Shown: positions 60,779 through 64,000 of the stretch, piece after piece
Position numbering within the stretch: the first letter of the stretch is position 1
Layout: the number at the start of each line of letters is the position of its first letter
NCBI RefSeq assembly: GCF_000315625.1
Contig: NW_005434657.1
Location: forward strand, 784,130-848,129
Length of the DNA: 64,000 nt
Direction: 5' to 3'
Source: Guillardia theta CCMP2712
Lineage: Eukaryota; Protista; Cryptophyta
The notes under the pieces: generated by a model
Database searches by the model: none
Told to the model about the DNA's origin: nothing
Seen by the model: only the letters and a program-made list of their open reading frames with translations
Program-made: the position numbers and the translations under genes

Positions 60779-62666
60779 AGGAGGAGGAGCAGGAGGAGGA
60801 GCAGGAGGAGGAGCAGGAGAACGAGGAAGGAAAGAATACCTTCACACAGTCGGCATGGCGTCCCTTTCGGCGGCTTCTGCCCCACCGAGTCCTCATGGTC
60901 GTCGATGGCCATCCTGTCAGCGCCGAGGAACGCGGGGACGCTGATCATAGGAGAGAATCTTCCAGCAATGGTTTGAAGCGAATCGACGTACCTAGCGCAA
61001 CATCAGTTCAATCCTGTTCCTCTTCCTCTTCCTGTTCCTCTTCCTCAGCCTTGTCTTTCTCTTCCTTATCTCCATCTTCCTCTTCCCGTTCATTGTCTTC
61101 ATCTTTCTGTCCCCTGTCCTTATTTCCCGCTTCCTTCTCATCTCTCCACATCCTTCTGCTCAAGAACGTTTTTGCACGACCTCGAATCTCTATTCTTTTC
61201 CAACCTTCCCCTCCTCCACCCTCTTTCCCCGCTCTGCCCCGACCTATCCTCCTCCATAAATGACATCAGTTACCTTCCATGCGACTGGTTGGCGATGTTG
61301 ATGGTGCTGGCCCACTGGAAGACAAGTTGATTGTTTGTTGTGATGCGGAAGTAGCCGGTGAGCGAAAGAACTTTGACACGTTTTGTCACCTAGACAGGTG
61401 TGAGGAATGATTTGATAGAAGAGGAGGGAGTTGTTGAGAGTCGAGATAAGGAAAGGTTTCAACGACAGAGGGCAAAGAGGAAAGCTCGATGACAACGATA
61501 GGATCTCACTTTTTCGATGTGATCGGCAATCTCTCCACACTGCGAAGCAATCCTGAAATACGAATCAATGAGACGGAAGAGCGGTACTCAAGGAAAAAGA
61601 CAAAGAAATTGCAGGAGAGGTGTGCTACATCCGAATTCTCTATCCTTGGCTCCATCTCCATCTCCTCCTCCTCCTCCTCCTCCTCCTCCTCCTCCTCTCC
61701 TCCTCCTTTCAATCTTCATCCCCATCAAAACTCACCTGCAGTGCAGCTTGTTGGAGGGATGCAAGCTGATCACCTCGCTCCTCCCCTCCTCGAACGAAAG
61801 TTCGTCCGCCTTCTTCACCAACGTGCTCTGCCCGAGCCTGACGTGGCTCCTCCTCTCCTCCACACGGCAGTGATGCCTCGTCCAGCCGCACTGGTACGTC
61901 CTATCGAAGTTGGGGTGCCCGTGTCGCACGTTCTTGGCAGGAAGGTACTTCTGCAGAAAGCCCTCCCTCATCGGATTCTCAGCTAGCACGAAACTCCTCA
62001 GCTGCTTCGAGTCTAGGAAGGTCACATGGTTCGTCGGCTTTCCCCGGGCGTCCCAAGAGGTCGAGACGAAGTAAGCGCAGATCTTGGACTCGTCCTGCAC
62101 CCGGTCGAAGCAGCTCAGAATCGTCTCGATGTTGATGTTTTCTGTCCTTTTCTTCTTCAGCCGCGCATCGACGGCGCTGGTGAAGTACCTGGGCGTCGTC
62201 CATCCGTCAGATCTTGCAAGGAGCGGGAGAGTGGCTAGGACGTGGAGGAGAGCACAAGGGAGGGGATTCAGTGAGAGAAAAGTAAGAGGAACGGGGATGG
62301 AGGGCGGAGAATGACATGAAATAGGAGGAGGGAGGAGGGAGGAGGGAGGAGGGAGGAGGAAGACATGTAATTTCTTCACCAAGCAGCCGGGTATCCATTC
62401 TTGTAAATAATCGTGTCGGGAATGCGGACAAAGGCATGTTTCACTCCCTCAAGTAGGATCTGCCTTATCTTCTTGTTCACAAAGTCTTCGCTGGTGAGAT
62501 CGTTCTTCCTGTGCAGCAGCTCGAAGACAAACGACACGTCGTACAAGTAAGCCTCGTTGTTCGTCTTTGCAGTCGACGCCATCTTGTACCTCTCGGTCGA
62601 TGAGGACTGCGTCGACGATGTTCGTACACTCACACTGTCTCTATGAGACATGGTCGGACCCTTCAA
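56853..62666 (-). CDS. Large conserved-type protist protein: N-terminal VRIPDT..WYFTS..GFLQK domain, Cys motifs, EF-hand pair, coiled coils; many exons (could be two genes)
   Basis: VRIPDTIIYKNGYPAAW|YFTS; EGFLQKYL; EF-hand-like LFEEFDVTDSGDLGRIQL and IFHLLEKNEHGRVSYSSF; IQ-like HIQRRWRR; DPIFARKKVWVCEECC. Exon linkage is only partly verified. Confidence 0.6.
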
Positions 62667-62778
62667 TTCACCTTCTCTCGAGGATGAAACGCTACTGGAT
62701 TAGGCCAGCATGAGATGTATGGTTCTTCATCCTGTCAAACTGTCAGACTGACAGTTGTATGCTCGTCTAAAACCTCTC

Positions 62779-62925
<147 letters not shown>

Positions 62926-63559
62926 CACTCCTCTGTCTCACTCCTCTGTCTCTCATACTCCCTTCTCCCTGATCTCTTCTCCCTGATCTCTTCTCTCTTC
63001 TCTCTTCTCTCTTCTAACCTCTCTAACTTCATTTCCATTCTGTCATTTGTGTTGGCGCACGTCAGTTGATTTTTTGGTGTTTGACTCGCCCTCCTAACAT
63101 CCACCACCCTACCCCCAGATTCGAAATGTAGTTTATGACCACCCATATTTGATCGTTGAAAATCACTGTTGAGTACCCCGTCCATGACCACCCCACCCCT
63201 CATTCATGATGTCTTTCACCCCTGGTAATCAACGAGTGCGATGTTGAAGAAACTTGGGAACTTCAGAACACAACAGACTCGATGAGAGCAAGAAGAAGAT
63301 ACAAGTTCAGATGACACTGAGATGAGAGGGGCGACGTTTTCATGTCGTGACGGGAGGAGCAACGGAAACAAACCCAGAAAGGGCAGGAGCACACTAAGAA
63401 GTCTCAAGAAGAATCAGCTGAAGAAAAACGCAGGAGTAGCGACAAAGTGAAGTGAGGTGGCGGGCAGGATAACAGGAGGGATGGACCGACCTGCCGACCA
63501 GCTAATAAAATATTTTTCATTGCTAATCATCAGAAGAAATAAAATATCAAACAGGAATT

Positions 63560-64000
63560 ACAAAGTTTCCATATCTACAAATCTGAACAGGGAAAGTGAG
63601 GAGCGCTCAGAAGGAACTTCTTCGAACAAACATGTTTGGCATCTCAGGGTTGTTCTGATCGCTGTTTGTTGAGCATGCGGAGTCTTTGCGAACAAACTCA
63701 ACCTCGTTTGCGTTGCTAAGCGCCCTGGTAATCCCTTCTTCAGCCTTGGCCTGTCTTGTCAACCGGCCGTGCAAGGTGCTCTTCTGAAAACGGTCGACGT
63801 TGCTGCTGCCCACGGAATTGCGCGAGCGGAACGAAGAGCCGACAACATTCGAGGAGGATTGCCTCCAGGTCTTCCTGTCGCTGCCTTGGTTCTTGGAGGA
63901 ATCCGTGCAATGTAGGAGGCACTGGACGAGGATTGCGCACGCCTCTCCTTCGAGCTTCTTGTTCTGAATCATCTTCGAGATGTTGAGAACGTTGTTGGCG
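63560..64000 (-). CDS. 3' part of a gene running off the window; function unknown
   Basis: Open frame from the window edge (NVLNISKMIQNKKLEGEACAILVQC...ALSNANE) followed by a donor-like gttgag. Confidence 0.4.

Overview
This is an intron-rich, gene-dense eukaryotic nuclear segment. Its short (~45-55 nt) GT-AG introns, microsatellite-swollen introns and gene content suggest a cryptophyte alga such as Guillardia theta (inference, not verified). About 20 multi-exon genes can be reconstructed by hand: a multidomain GT61 glycosyltransferase, a GST, a large algal PKD2/polycystin channel with CUB and C2 domains, a ~2,500-aa repeat-built and probably GPI-anchored surface protein, an ELMO-domain protein, neurochondrin, a TPR-GT4 glycosyltransferase, LSM12, a degenerate cNMP-binding protein, GLYR, DBF4, a candidate FANCA-like protein, a tandem-domain (possibly SIMPL-fold) protein, a BSD protein, an EF-hand protein and several hypotheticals. 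The 13.0-15.1 kb interval holds a clean PIF/Harbinger-type MITE and a decayed Polinton-like-virus minor capsid (penton) gene. Several divergent promoters carry palindrome-rich CCGG/GAGTC islands flanked by strand-oriented GGGT/GTACCC zones. There are two 100-N assembly gaps. Family calls come from motifs recalled from memory; no database searches were run.
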